A stretch of DNA of 64,000 nucleotides from Nemertoderma westbladi (taxonomy: Eukaryota > Animalia > Xenacoelomorpha), in NCBI GenBank assembly GCA_032718475.1, contig JAUCBJ010007329.1, positions 124,001 through 188,000 on the forward strand. Reading direction: 5' to 3'. A program made the translations under genes and the position numbers. The notes below the pieces were generated by a model. That model was not told the origin of the DNA. It was given only the letters and a program-made list of their open reading frames with translations, and ran no database searches. Positions 1 to 13,300 of this stretch are shown one piece after another; the first letter of the stretch is position 1; each line of letters begins with the position of its first letter.

Positions 1-48
1 GTTGTCTCAGACGATATGGATACACCGACCACAATAATAACTAATAAA

Positions 49-1590
49 TTACCTAGACATCACTTCCCTTTTTGCTACGGAAGTTAGATATTTTCGTAGT
101 ACTTTATCATCTTTCATCTCTTCAATATCATCGACTAGATCTACAGCGTCTATCGCTGATAAGTCTTCATATCGGAATTGCGGTTGTAGAAAAAGGAAAT
201 TGGTGAAACCTCGAGGTTTCTCACCATCAAACAAACGGTAATACCTCCCCGGTTCCGCGGCCATTGTTATTTTTCTCTTCATTTCTTCTCCTGGAACAAC
301 TCTAAAACCATACTGTTTTGCAGCAGAGAAACCATACCATGAAAGGAGTTCCTGTCCAGCTAATACGTTGCTAATAACAACCATAAACAGCCGTTTTGTA
401 TCATGAAATATAACTATATTTTGCTGCTGCTGGTGATTGGCAGAATTTATAAAACGAGCCCAGTTTGAGAATCGAATATCTTCAGAATCAATAATGGTCT
501 TTATTCCAGACTCCACAGCAACAACCCACTCGTACCTGCCTAGTAAATGTTTATCATCCCTAGCCGTAGTCGTATTACCTTCCAGTCTTATAATAGTACC
601 TAATGGTATATCTTGAGCAGCAAAAGCCCCCAAACCAGCTCCCCGGATTGACGATTTCTTAATAATAATGTTGGATGGAGTTGTTAACATCGCTCTGTTG
701 ATCATTCCGGGTATAGTAGGGGAGTTGTGTTGAACAAATATCTGTGTAATATTTACAACAGCTGGTAGGAGTTTGGTAAATATATATTTCTGTATGTAAA
801 TGGAGGGGTTTCCCAATTTAGGTGAACCTGTTGATTGCGCCTGTTCTATTGGAAAGTTTATTTTCTCACAGTCATCTGTCCAGCCTTTTAATTTATTGTC
901 ATTGTCACAATTTCCTGATTTAATATGTAATTCATCTAGTGACAAACCAATAGGAATCGTAATTCCTTGATTGGATGGGAGAATAAAATAGGGCCTCGCC
1001 ATAGCGTAACCCATTCCATACCAGGTTAGAAGTTCTTCCCCTTTACTAATGTTTCGAGATGTAATATAGTAAATGTGTTCATTGTACGACTTTGCAACAA
1101 CATTTTGCTCTTCCAAAAAGTTTGCTGCATTGACATATCTCGGCCAATTTGATGATTCAGAATTTTCAGAATTTAATCGCAATGTTGTCGATGAACTTCC
1201 ACGGCTTTCCATAGACCAACTGTAAACATTCAATGACTTATTTGTCTGGCTTCCAGGGTATTCAACTAGACCTCCATATTCGAAGAATGTCCCAATTGTT
1301 AAATCCCTGGCCGCGAATGCACCCAATCCAGCTCCTGGTAAGGTCGCATTTCGCAGTTCTATCCATCCCGGAGGTGCAGTTAGCTTAGATCGATTCGGAG
1401 TTCCAAATGGAATGTCATGATCAGGAAGAAAGGTTAGTGGAGTAATAATTGTTGCATCTTCATGAATATACTTCGTTTGGAAATAACTCTGTACCTTTTC
1501 AATAACTATTCCCATGAAATTTGGTTCATAAATAAAACCCAAGACTATTATGATGGAGATTCCTTTGATAAAGATTCTTGAAGGACTCAT
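49..1590 (-). CDS. Intronless protein with N-terminal signal anchor and two tandem PRDM-like PR/SET domains (paralogue 1)
   Basis: 513-aa ORF. Hydrophobic N-terminus (IFIKGISIIIVLGFIY). Two copies of the GAGLGAFA...SNW(P/A)R(Y/F)(V/I)N.A....QN...G.ELL.WYG pattern typical of PRDM7/9-type PR/SET domains. No KRAB or C2H2 fingers. Confidence 0.85.
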   Translation of the reverse strand: MSPSRIFIKGISIIIVLGFIYEPNFMGIVIEKVQSYFQTKYIHEDATIITPLTFLPDHDIPFGTPNRSKLTAPPGWIELRNATLPGAGLGAFAARDLTIGTFFEYGGLVEYPGSQTNKSLNVYSWSMESRGSSSTTLRLNSENSESSNWPRYVNAANFLEEQNVVAKSYNEHIYYITSRNISKGEELLTWYGMGYAMARPYFILPSNQGITIPIGLSLDELHIKSGNCDNDNKLKGWTDDCEKINFPIEQAQSTGSPKLGNPSIYIQKYIFTKLLPAVVNITQIFVQHNSPTIPGMINRAMLTTPSNIIIKKSSIRGAGLGAFAAQDIPLGTIIRLEGNTTTARDDKHLLGRYEWVVAVESGIKTIIDSEDIRFSNWARFINSANHQQQQNIVIFHDTKRLFMVVISNVLAGQELLSWYGFSAAKQYGFRVVPGEEMKRKITMAAEPGRYYRLFDGEKPRGFTNFLFLQPQFRYEDLSAIDAVDLVDDIEEMKDDKVLRKYLTSVAKREVMSR

Positions 1591-2296
1591 GATTTTAATC
1601 CCTGTTTCGATATAATGTCAACTAGAATATGTGGCCATGCAGATTTTCAGTTAAATTCAAACTGTTTGTCAGTGAATACAGGTTAATGAGATTTTTAAAT
1701 TTGTAGTCGAAAGCAACTGAATTGGAATTAATGTATAAATACGTTTACATATAACCAAAAAGAAACACTTAGCGATAGCCAGGACTCAGAGCTACGAGAT
1801 ATTTATATCAAATTTATCCTTTAGGTTGCCAAATTTAAGTTTCTATTCCAGACGCGATAGATGATTGTGTTGCCAAGAAATTGTATTGTGGTAGTATCGA
1901 TCGTGGCACACCTTCGTGGATATGAGAATATGTGCTGAACAAGTTTGAAAGAATTACTTGAAGGTAGTTGGTGTTCATCGTGTCCTTGCATGCAATAATG
2001 TAGTGTTTACTGTTGGTGGTTCTAGGCATGAGCGTTTTAAACCTGTGCTCTGGGGTGATCAAATATGAAAGGGCCCCCTACCTTGGCTTACCTATCGCAA
2101 ATCGACTGGATGATATTGACTAGGTACTATTCGAGATCTGTGAGCGGTTGGCCTGCAAAACCGTATCCTAACTTAGATGTCCGAGTACAATAGATGGCCA
2201 AGTACAGCATGGTGGCATGGAGCACAGTGGCAGCAGATTATGGTATTGACAAATGGGAGGCCATGAGGAGACATACAAGGAATCTATCTTTTACCT

Positions 2297-2550
2297 GAGA
2301 CGCAGCTGAATAGTTAGAGCGTCAGACTTCCAACCCGGAGGTCACCAGTTCAATCCCACATGTGTTATGGGAGCAATCCCTGAGACACTTCTTCACCCAG
2401 AAAACCAATATGTCACCTCGCTTAATAACCAAAATGGAAAATCTAATAAGACCCTGATTGTAAGCCAAACCCCAAAGGTCAACTTACAATCGGGATGCCA
2501 AAGGAACCAAGTTGGACATTAGATGACCACACAATCTATTCATTTGTACT
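2297..2550 (+). mobile_element. Degenerate tRNA-derived SINE
   Basis: tRNA-like head (cagctgaatagttagagcgtcagact...) with B-box-like agttcaatcc at 2347-2356, followed by a SINE-like body. 3' boundary approximate. Confidence 0.45.
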
Positions 2551-3084
2551 AAATTTTCAAGCTATTGTATTCATGTATATTTATTGGTACCTACTATATA
2601 CCAACCTTCTATGTGGGTTGGTATATCAATGTATCTGTATGTGTATCTAGGTATTTGTATTATTGATGGCATTTTGTATCTCAATGCAGATATCTGATTC
2701 AGACTTATTGCTATTACTGGTGACTGTTCATTACCTATGATATTTCTATTATACAAGGAAGCGAGAACAATGAGCTAGTTCTCCCAACTAGTTCAAGTTG
2801 TCCAACTAGTCCAACTCCAAGCTAGTTCGCCCGTCCCTACAAAACCAGTTAAAACAAGTCCTCCCGCACGTTAGCCGGACGCCCATGTACCTCAAGATCT
2901 AGCTGACTACCACGACAACCTGTACGTCAGCTTGATGCATGTAACAGAATGGTACTACGCATGTTGGCATGACCGACCACGCCATACCACACTTTATAAA
3001 GCGTTCCTGGTATAACATAGTATATTATCACAAATTATGAAAACATAAAATTATATAACACCAAATTTAGAATTCTAGATTAAC

Positions 3085-3147
3085 CCCCCATCCCCTTCTC
3101 GTCCCCCCATCCCCCTTCTTGTCCCCCATCCCCCTTATCGTCCCCCC
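3085..3147. repeat. Short C-rich tandem repeat (~19-20 bp x3)
   Basis: ccccccatccccttctcgt-like unit repeated three times. Confidence 0.7.
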
Positions 3148-3178
3148 AATTCATTACCATATCATCCTTAGAGGTCAA

Positions 3179-3553
3179 ATAGTAGCTACACTAGTAATAG
3201 TAGCTACACTAGTAATATTAGCTACACTAGTAATATTAGCTACACTAGTAATAGTAGCTACACTAGTAATATTAGCTACACTAGTAATAGTAGCTACACT
3301 AGTAATAGTAGCTACACTAGTAATATTAGCTACACTAGTAATAGTAGCTACACTAGTAATAGTAGCTACACTAGTAATAGTAGCTACACTAGTAATAGTA
3401 GCTACACTAGTAATAGTAGCTACACTAGTAATATTAGCTACACTAGTAATAGTAGCTACACTAGTAATAGTAGCAACACTAGTAATATTAGCTACACTAG
3501 TAATAGTAGCTACACTAGTAATAGTAGCTACACTAGTAATAGTAGCTACACTA
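3179..3553. repeat. 18-bp minisatellite (AGTAGCTACACTAGTAAT)n, left part
   Basis: About 20 near-perfect units. The same array resumes in phase at 24541. Confidence 0.95.
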
Positions 3554-4083
3554 CACCTTTTCAACATGTATTTCATAAAACATCACATTGATTTCAGAAA
3601 GGTCTATTTGGGTTTCAGTTTTTTTATTTTGATTTCAAAATGTTACAATTTGATTTCAATAAATCTATTTCGATTTCAGAATATACCATTTGTATTTAAA
3701 CAAATACATTTCAATTTCAACATGTTCATTTCGATTTTATAAATTACATTTCGAATTCAGAATGCGTCATTTGGATTTTAAAATTATCATTTCGATTTCA
3801 GAATGCGCCGTTTGGATTCCAAAAATTACATTACGATATCAGATAAGGAAAGAATAATTTTGAAATATATCAAATCGATTTTAGAAAATTAAATTTCGAT
3901 TTTGGTAAATTCAATGTAGATTTCAGAAATGACGAATTCGATTTTATGAATGTCTATAAAGCCTTCCGTTTGATTTTCAGAATATTTTAATTGATTTTAA
4001 ATTTTACATTTGAATTTCAGATTTTTCATTTGGAGTTCAAAATGAATACGGCAATGCAGCAGGCCTACCAACATATGTACAAT

Positions 4084-4736
4084 TGATGAATTATTTCACT
4101 ATAAGATAGCATTTGTAGTTTAACTTTAACGTAAAAACTTTCGAAAATCCGACGTATTTGATTGAGTTACAGTAATGTAATATGCCTATTCATATTTGTA
4201 CACATAAAACCCTTAGGTACTCTCGTGGCGTAGTGGTCAGATGGTTAAGGCGTTGGTTACATTACATAGGTTACGAGTTCGAATCCCAGTCGGGAAATTT
4301 GTATTTTGGGGCCATTTATTTTCGTGTGGTGCTAATTGGTAGGCCAATGAGAAGCGTACAGCGTAGCGAATAATGAGCCAGGCCAATCATAGGGCATAAA
4401 TTATCTTATTGCTCAAATGTGAGGCAGTGGAAAATTCTGTTAGGATTCCATGTCCCAGATTAGTGTGAGGGCCGGACTGCGTTGAACGATGAGCTGGGCC
4501 AATCATAGAGCACGAAGCACTTCATTGCTCAATGGTGAAGCTGTGGAAAATTCTGTTTAGTTTCCATGTGCAATTTCTAGTATAAAAAGGCCGGTTTGCC
4601 TTCGGTTATCACTCTTACTGTCGTTATTACTACCCCTTCGATTCCTAAATTGTTATTAGTTTATTTCGGTTTCTTGTTGAAACTTTATTTGATAAATCCT
4701 TTTGTAAAACTGTAAATATACTGCAAATTCCTGACA
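4084..4736 (+). repeat. BEL-1 5' LTR
   Basis: Starts TGATGAATT and ends CTGACA. GGCCAAT boxes near 4341, 4381 and 4497; TATAAAA at 4581. The 3' boundary is inferred from the CA plus the PBS-like TGG. Confidence 0.8.
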
Positions 4737-7306
4737 TGTTTTCTTTTGGTCCAACTTCGGGACAGCCAAACATCAGGGAGATGGCAGCCTAGATCGTTAG
4801 GCCGTAAGCAACGCAGGGAAGGGATGTCCACAACACACTAGCGCCCACATTGGATCGACCGCGCACCCCCTTTGCCCCTTCGAAATACTCCACTTGCTAT
4901 GCAGCGCCCGCTTTGTGAGAAGGTAAGACTTTGTTCGACGCCCTTGCCCGCCGTAAGACCTATAGATCAGGGTAAGCGTGACACCGTACTGGACGCCGCA
5001 AATTTAGGATCAAATAATTATATCCAGACACCCCCCCCTTTTTGTCAGTCCTACGAACCCCTGGGTTAACCTGTACTTCCTACAGGTGCGAACTATTGCC
5101 ATTCGTCAGTACGCGAGTACATATTAGGTACGGACAGCATATGTTCCATAATTTAGTGAGTCGTAGCACTGACTGTTTGGTACCGGTTCGCCTTGTAGAA
5201 CGTACATTAGTACCCCCCCCCCCCCCCCCCCCTGTCTGGAGTTAGCTATTTGATCAGGCAAGGAGTATTTCTGCTACCGGCACACTGCTTGGCCTAGGGA
5301 GGTTTATTAATATCCTACCGCGCCTTGCCACGTACTGATAGGTATTGCTGCTAACTACCGCAGCAACAAAGTTCTAGAATTAAATTAGTATACCAGATCA
5401 GCTAACGTACGGTAGCGATTAACCCCTATTCTTATCTTACAACCAGAATCTGGTATTAGTGCCGATCACGGGTGTAGTTACTAACACTGTGGTTGCCCAT
5501 TGGGTTGTGGATAGGAAGGAGAGAGCTTTGACGTCATTCGTGAGTATAAAGTTCTACAAACGCGACTAGTTTATTTTAGTAGCTAGCGCACGGTATCACT
5601 TAGTCAGAAAATCACTAAAACCTAGTAAAAGGAATTACACGAAATTGTTTTATTTGTAACACACCCACACACACACGCCCTAAAACATATTGCCCTTAAA
5701 GTTCTACTAGCTATAGCTCACTATACATTACTTTAGGTGGAAATTATCTGTATTTGTAAAATTAGGATCTGATTTAGTTGCGGCGATAAGGAGTATTTCA
5801 CTTTCGTTATTAAACTGTTGTTTGTCTGGACAACGGTATTGTTACATTTAGGCCTGACCCTTTAGACTGATTTCGTACAGGGGGATCAGTTATTGTTACA
5901 TTTAGGCACGATCCCTTTTCGACTGATTCAGGACTGTCAGTGTTGTTACGCTAGGTCTGTTAACCCACTAGCTCGTATATAAACCATATAAATCACACCG
6001 CGGCAAGTTACTGTATTTAGGACTGTCAGTGATAGTTAGGATTCGCTGCGCGGGGATTGTTTTCCCGTGAGTTTGGTCTGTTACTGTAACTGTACATCTG
6101 CCTCACCGGTTAGAGGACAGGTATCCTTTTGTCTAGTACGTAGGCATTCGACCCGCTCACGTACATAGAATAGATACAAGGCTCTGTTCCTCGCCAGTAG
6201 TCGTTTGTGTATTGTATCTGTTTGTTTAGATATCCTGGACTGGGATTTGTTGTCAGATACTGTACGAGCCCGTATACATTACTAGAGTCTCATAGTAAGA
6301 TACGTCGTTACTAGGATCTGGTAAGCGGTATACTACTGGACCCTTACAGTAGGAAGTATTTATATAAATTAGTATATAGTATTTCTATCGTAGCGTATAG
6401 TATAGTTTAGAATTGTTAGCTATTGAAAGTAGGAGATATTTAAAAATTAAGGTTAGTAAATTTAGTAATTTAGAACGTCCCCTGCTTCAGTAGGCTTTTA
6501 GGGTAGCTAGTACTTTCGTATTTAATATTTGACTAGCTAACAGTTAGTTTGTAGCACTTTGTTTTACGCCGTGTGTGTGCGGTGTTACTTTTCGGTACTT
6601 GAAAAGGTACATAGGGTTTAAAGACCAATTTGTATCGGTACCTAGGAAGATTTTTCGTAAGCGTAGAAGTAAAACTCTCACCTTCGACCTTTTCAGGACT
6701 CAAGGACTCATTTCTGGACCGCTTCGAGGATTAGACCGCTTTTCGCAAAGTTTGGGAGACAATAAATTCGTCCGCGCCGCCGAAAAACGGAAAGACCCAC
6801 GTCCGGTTTGTATTTGGGAATTTGTATGACTGGAAGATCAAAGGAACGTAAGTTTTACGACTCGCGTCGTTCAAACTTAAGAAAGCACAGTAGTACTCAA
6901 AATTTGTGGGTTTCACTGTCTATTAGTAGTGTTGTTGGTACTTATTTTCCCGTTAGACATTGCTGTTTGGCCTATTGTTTATACTTGTTGATCTATATTT
7001 TGTTAACGTATACCGTTATCTCACTTATTCGTACAAATTTAGCCGGTAGGCTAGATTACTACTTATTTTATTATATACCTTGTTAGTTTATTTGTACCGG
7101 TTAGGGTATATATATGATATATATATATATCAAGGTAAGTTTGACATTTGTACATTTCGACATTTTGACATTTCGACATTCTGACTTGTTGATTTATTTG
7201 TACCGGTTAGGGTATATAGATACTATATATACCAAGGTAAGTTTGACACTTCAACATTCAGACACTTTGACATTTTATTATCCGTACTTGACGTATATAA
7301 TAAGAC

Positions 7307-10300
7307 ATGAGTGACACACCCCATTCGACGAGATACCCACCTACCGACTATGACTCGTGCGACCCGGACAGATCGACAGTAGACGAACCGAGAAGGAGAA
7401 CCCGAGATTCCACCGATGTCACACCGCTTGCGTCGCCGGTACCCCGAACGGAAATACCGGAAGCCGCAACGCGTGGCGACGGCAGAATCGAAGATTTCCT
7501 TACCGTCCCGCAGACTAGATCACGGGAACCGGACATGGTAAGTTCGACTGGAAGCCAGGAGAACGTTATTAGAAGTATAGGAGGACACATGGCCCAGATT
7601 ACTCGGAACCTCGGAGAAGGTTTTCGCGTTTTACGCGAGTTAACCGCCCCGATGTCGAGATACGAGTTCTACACCTTACAGGTAAGGATAGAAAGTAGGG
7701 TACATGCCTCCGTAGATAAACTTAAAGGTTTGCACGAACTTGCAGAGTTGCGTGGCGACAACTTTACTCAGGTAAAGATAGTAGATAAATTGGTAAGTGC
7801 GAGAGAAAGCCTTATCCAGTTTAAGTCGGTGATAAGATTGGCTCAACAGGAGCAGTTCGACCAACTGCTAGGTGAGTCAGTTTCGGACGTGTTGTTACAA
7901 CCCGAAGAGGAAGAAGAACTCTACTGCCTGGACGGAAGGTTGGAAACGCTGACCAATTTTCTTCGTAGATGCGGCGTACCGATCGACGAACCGGAAGTCG
8001 AACCGCGAGGGACGACGGAAGTTCTCACTACGGAAGGCTCGCGAGCCTACCAAAATCCACCACTGGATAGATCGTTCGTTAGCGTACGAAGCGACGTTGG
8101 CGACGTTGGCGACGTTAGTAGAACAGCGTCTGGAATTATTCGACAACAACAGGAGGTCGCACGACGACAACAAGTCGCCGAGGAAGAAGCGCAACTACAG
8201 ATGGCACAGATCGCCATCGAAGGAGAAAAACAGCGCAGAGAGGATGTAGCGAAACTTGCGAAACTTCAAGCACAGGCTGAGTTCGAAGCATCAGAGATGC
8301 GGAGACTGGAGGAGGACTTAGCGCGAGAAGCGGCCGCGGCGGCAGCAGCTGACGAGTTAGCACGACAGGCGGCAGCAGCTGACGAGCTAGCACGACAGGC
8401 AGCGGCTGACGAGCTAGCACGAGTTGCGGCGGTAAACGCAGCTGAGTTAGCACGGAAGAAAGCAGCATCCGACGCTCGTGCCAAGTTGGAGGCGCACCAA
8501 ATAAACGCACGATTAGCTATACAGGAAGCGGAATTAGCGGCACAACAACAGGATGCAGATCGACGCGAAAGAGAGATGCAGCTCCAGTTCGAACTAAATC
8601 GCAGATCGCGCGAGGCGGCGAACGCGCAAGAGGACCTCGAACTCGACGCGAGAGATAGATCTATAAGATCGCGAACTGGACACGACTTGTCTGCCCTGGA
8701 TCGTATGGAAGCTCGATATCGCGGAATACAGAAGCGGATCGAGGAAGGAAGCGTGGGAGCGATAGATCGAGGAGAGGAGTTCGTCGAGGATTACTGTAAA
8801 CGTTTTCCCCAAGTTATTCCTATGCTCAAACCCACGACTCCGATAAAACCGGTCTTTGTTACGAAACCTAAGGAAATAACGCCTGTGCGTTCGACGCAAG
8901 GCAACAGGTTTGTTGTGACGGAAATACCGCAACCTAGGGCGACTTCATCGCCAATTTTAGCAGGTAAGATAAGTAGTCCACCTACTGTAAGCCGTAGTTT
9001 ACTTGTAGAGAGAGACGAACCTGCGTTTATGACAGTAAAACAGGTGAGTAAACCATTACAAGTTAAACCTGTGACGTGCTGCGCGAACCCAGTCATTTAT
9101 AAACCTACAGTAGAGCTTAACTCCGATGTTTTTACTAGACCTCTCACCCAATGTTTAACGAGACCTACGACTTCGTGGAAGGCTTGCGAGCCTGCCGAAC
9201 AACGGAGAGCCGTAGATCCCAGATCACAACGAACTCGACCAAGGATAATACGCCGGACGCGAACCCGCCAACCACCTTATCCGGACGACAGCGACTCATC
9301 TAGCGACTCGGAGTCGACGGAACGGGAAATATTCCGTACTGGAGCGGCAGCGGCAGCGGATTACAAACGGGAGGAGAGATCGACAAACCCATACATCGAC
9401 AATCCACCTCGAGAAACACCCCAACAGAAACCCACGTTGCAACCAGCGGAAGCGATTAGCACCAACAGACTCGCCGAAATAATGCGACCTGTAGCGGACC
9501 GACTAGCTCAGATAGAAGAGCGACTCGAAGCGCAACCGTCGGATCGATCACGGACCAGTGTGGAGTTGGAACAACCTAGACAACATCGACCACCGAGGAG
9601 AGAACAGGAGACTAGACGGACTCCGACACATCGAGAAGAAGATCCCGTTAATAATTCCTACCGACGAACAACGCGCGGAAGGGAGCGACTGGACGACGCC
9701 GCCGAACAGGGACGCGGACAGTTGGATTTAGTTAGCGAGATTGCGAAATTCGCGGCTAGACACGGATTACCGGCACAGCAACCGCCGAAGTTCTCTGGCA
9801 ACGCGAAACACTGGCGCACACTGGTAGACTACGTAGAGTCCCAGATCGCTAAGTGTGCTTTCACCTCGACGGAGAAGTTTAATTACTTGCTCCAAGTCCT
9901 GTCTGGTGAGCCGAAACGATTAGCGGAAACCTTTATTGGTGTTCCCGATGCCTTTGAGTTGGCATACGACCGTTTGTATTCAATTTACGGCGGTAATGTC
10001 GCCATGGCTAAATCCATCATTGAAGACCTCTGCAGAGGAGGCAACATTTCGAGACCGATCGACCTTTTACGACTCGCGGACGAAATAAAGAACGCTATAG
10101 GGACTTTACGGTCCATTGGACAACTCGAGTACGCTAACGCACCGACGGTTCTCATTCGAATAATCGGTCGACTTCACCATCGACTACGACGGGAATGGCG
10201 ACGCATCGAGTACCAACGCGAAGAGGCCGGAGGGTTATTAAAACTCACCGATGTCTATCAACTTATTTCACGGGAGGCCGTGATCGAGACTCGATCGAAC

Positions 10301-13300
10301 TATACCGATCACCATATCGCAGCGGAAGGGATAACTGTTTCTGCGCCGAATCGGACTAAACCGTTTCCGACGAACGCGAAAGCCGTTACTTACGCCACCC
10401 CTACTGAGACTTCTAAAGTTCTGACGCCTATCGGCACCACGCAGCCACGACAACAGTTGCCGGCGGACTTTGTGGGATGCTCATACTGCGAGCGGAACGG
10501 CAGAAACCATAGCGGACATAAACTACGTGGATGTCGCGCTTTTAAAGAGTTAGGGATCGAGGAAAGGAGACTCCAAATCCAATCTCTAGATTCCTGTTGG
10601 AGATGTATGAAGCCAGGACACGTCCGGAAGGATTGCCCGAGCGATGATACATGTTCTTTGTGTGGACGTAACCATGACGCGTTGCTTCACACAACCAGTC
10701 ATACTCCGACCCGACGCTTTCGACGAGAGCATCCCGATAAAGCGGCTAGATGCGACGCGCTTTATAAGGAGCGTGCGCCGCGCGAGATCCGTACCTTTTA
10801 TACTGACTGTATGGATCAGTCAGGATCATCGGACGAGGACGAGGAGGAAGACGACACTTTCTACGTGCATGCAGGTGAGGAACAGCCATCGATAACGCTC
10901 CTCACACAGAACCAATTGAAAGGGTTTAGCGTGATTCCTATAAAGATTACCGGAACCCGAGGGAGCAAGCGTATATACGCCATCTTAGACTCTGCGTCAT
11001 CGCATAGTTATGTCGACGAACAAGTAGCCGACGTAGTTACGGACATGAGTCAAGGTAAGACTGCTCAGTATACTGTAAGCAGCATGCATGGTAAGAGAGC
11101 GATCCCTGTGACAAGAGTAAAACTAACCTTAGACACTCTTCTTTCCAAAGCGGAACACAGCAAGGAGGAGCGCTCATTACTTCCGGTAAGAAATTTGACC
11201 TTTGCAGCTACGAAGGACTTTAGTAACTTGCTCGGCCCTGTGCCAGAGCAATCACCGGAAGATCGTAAGTATTTCCGACACCTTGGAATACCGGAATGTC
11301 CTGTTAATTATCGTTCCATTGCGATGTTAATTGGGACAGACCAGTTTAACTTACATCAGGTATGGGAGACACGCCCATCTGTTATTACAGCGGGCAACCC
11401 CTACGCATGTAGAACTCCCATAGGTTGGTATACTAGAGCACCAATACGTTCACTAGAGGTAAGTGACCAGGAGGACGACGTTTTGAGTACGTGTAGTTTA
11501 TTGACTAACACGATAGATAATTCTCCTTCACACTCCTGTGGTCCAATTGTACGGACGGCACTACGACAGACTTGCGTCACTAACGCAGACGCCACCGATA
11601 CTGACGTAACCGATCTGGACACGACCATACGGACCTCTGACTTACAACTACTTGCAGTAGACCAGGTTGTATTGACTACTGAAGACCTGAGGGTTGTTGC
11701 CGTGGATGACTCAATGAACGAGGATTTTGGAAGGCTTGCGAGCCTACCGAAAAATCCGAAGGTCATTGACCCCACCCACCAGGCTTCGACACCGGTCGTT
11801 GATCTTGGAAGGCTTGCGAGCCTACCGATAGATCAAGAAGTTGTCAAACCGCCGCACGACAATTCGACGCCGACTAGTGACACCGGAAGGCTTGCGAGCC
11901 TACCAGACACATTGACACTAGCCACCGCAGCGGACGAAGACGTGGACGAGGACCATGGCGCAGTGCAAGCAGCGCTTGACCGACTGCTGACTGAACGGAC
12001 CATACAATGGTTGGAACAGGACTCAGCAGAACCCGGTAGTTACGAAACCGCTATGTCAGAACAGGAAAAACGGTCATTAAATATTATGAGAGATACCATT
12101 CGCCAGACCGCGAATGGCCACTATGAGGTTGGTATGTTGTGGCGCGATGGACAACCTAAGCTCGTTAACAATTACCCGCTTGCTTTGAGGCGACTCAAAT
12201 CAATAAGGCAGCGATTGTTGCGAGACGAGACGGCCCATATGCAATACAATGCACAACTTCAGACGTATCTCCAAAAGGGATACGCCATTAGGATGTTAAA
12301 TCCTGAGGTAACTACAGACCAGACATATTACCTGCCACATCATTTTGTTCGACACCCGGACAAACCTGGCAAGGTGCGTGTAGTCAACGACTGCGCTGCG
12401 CTTTACCAAGGGATGTCTATGAACAGCGAACTGATGGACGGGCCGAATATGAATAATTACCTCATGGGAGTCCTAATGCGTTTTAGACAACGCAAAGTGG
12501 CTTTCACCTGTGACGTAGAGGCCATGTTTCACCAGGTTAAGGCTTTGGAGCGGGACAGGGACAGTTTGAGGTTTCTTTGGTATCCGGACGGAAACTTACA
12601 ACTTCCGCCAGAAACTTACCAAATGCAGGTAAGAGTATTCGGAGCCAGGGACAGCCCCAACTGCACCATGTATGCCTTAAAGCAGACAGCATTAGACAGA
12701 CGAGACCAATTTGACCCAGAAGTAGTTCGGACCGTGGAACGAGACTTCTACGTGGATGACGGCCTCAAGAGTTGTGACACCTTGGAGCGCGCTACAACCG
12801 TAGCACACCAACTCCAGGATTGTCTCGCTGAGGGCGGATTTCACCTGACGAAGTTCGCTTCCAACGAACCCGAACTGGTGAACTCATTTGACCCGACGGA
12901 TCGCAGTGGAGGTGACTTGGACTTAGACCTAGAACCTCTGCCGACGACCAAAGTATTAGGACTTAGTTGGGACCCTAACACCGACAATTTTAGGGTACGT
13001 GTAAGGTCCAACGACCAGACTAGACCTCTCACTAAGAGGACTTGCTTATCGACCATGAGTCGATTGTATGACCCATTGTGTTTCATTAGTCCAGTGATCC
13101 TGCATGCTAGGATCATACTCCGCAGCATTTGGCAAGCCGGACTGGAATGGGACGATCCCATCCCAGAAAAGTTAGCTGAGCGATGGAGGGACTGGGAAGC
13201 CCAACTGACGTTCCTACAAGACTATACCATACCAAGGGTATACTTTCCTTTGCAAACCACCTTTCCTGCCGATTTAGAGCTTCACAGCTTTAGTGACGCT

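Noticed and set aside
49-1590. Naming the SET genes PRDM9 or PRDM7
   Set aside because: Only the PR/SET domain is similar; the architecture differs and orthology cannot be shown without a phylogeny.
1835-2290. Possible RTE LINE remnant upstream of paralogue 1
   Set aside because: Only a short weak motif (DDCVAKKLYCG); too degraded to support.
3119-3742. ORFs of (VIVATL)n / (SVATIT)n
   Set aside because: Translations of the stop-free 18-bp minisatellite.
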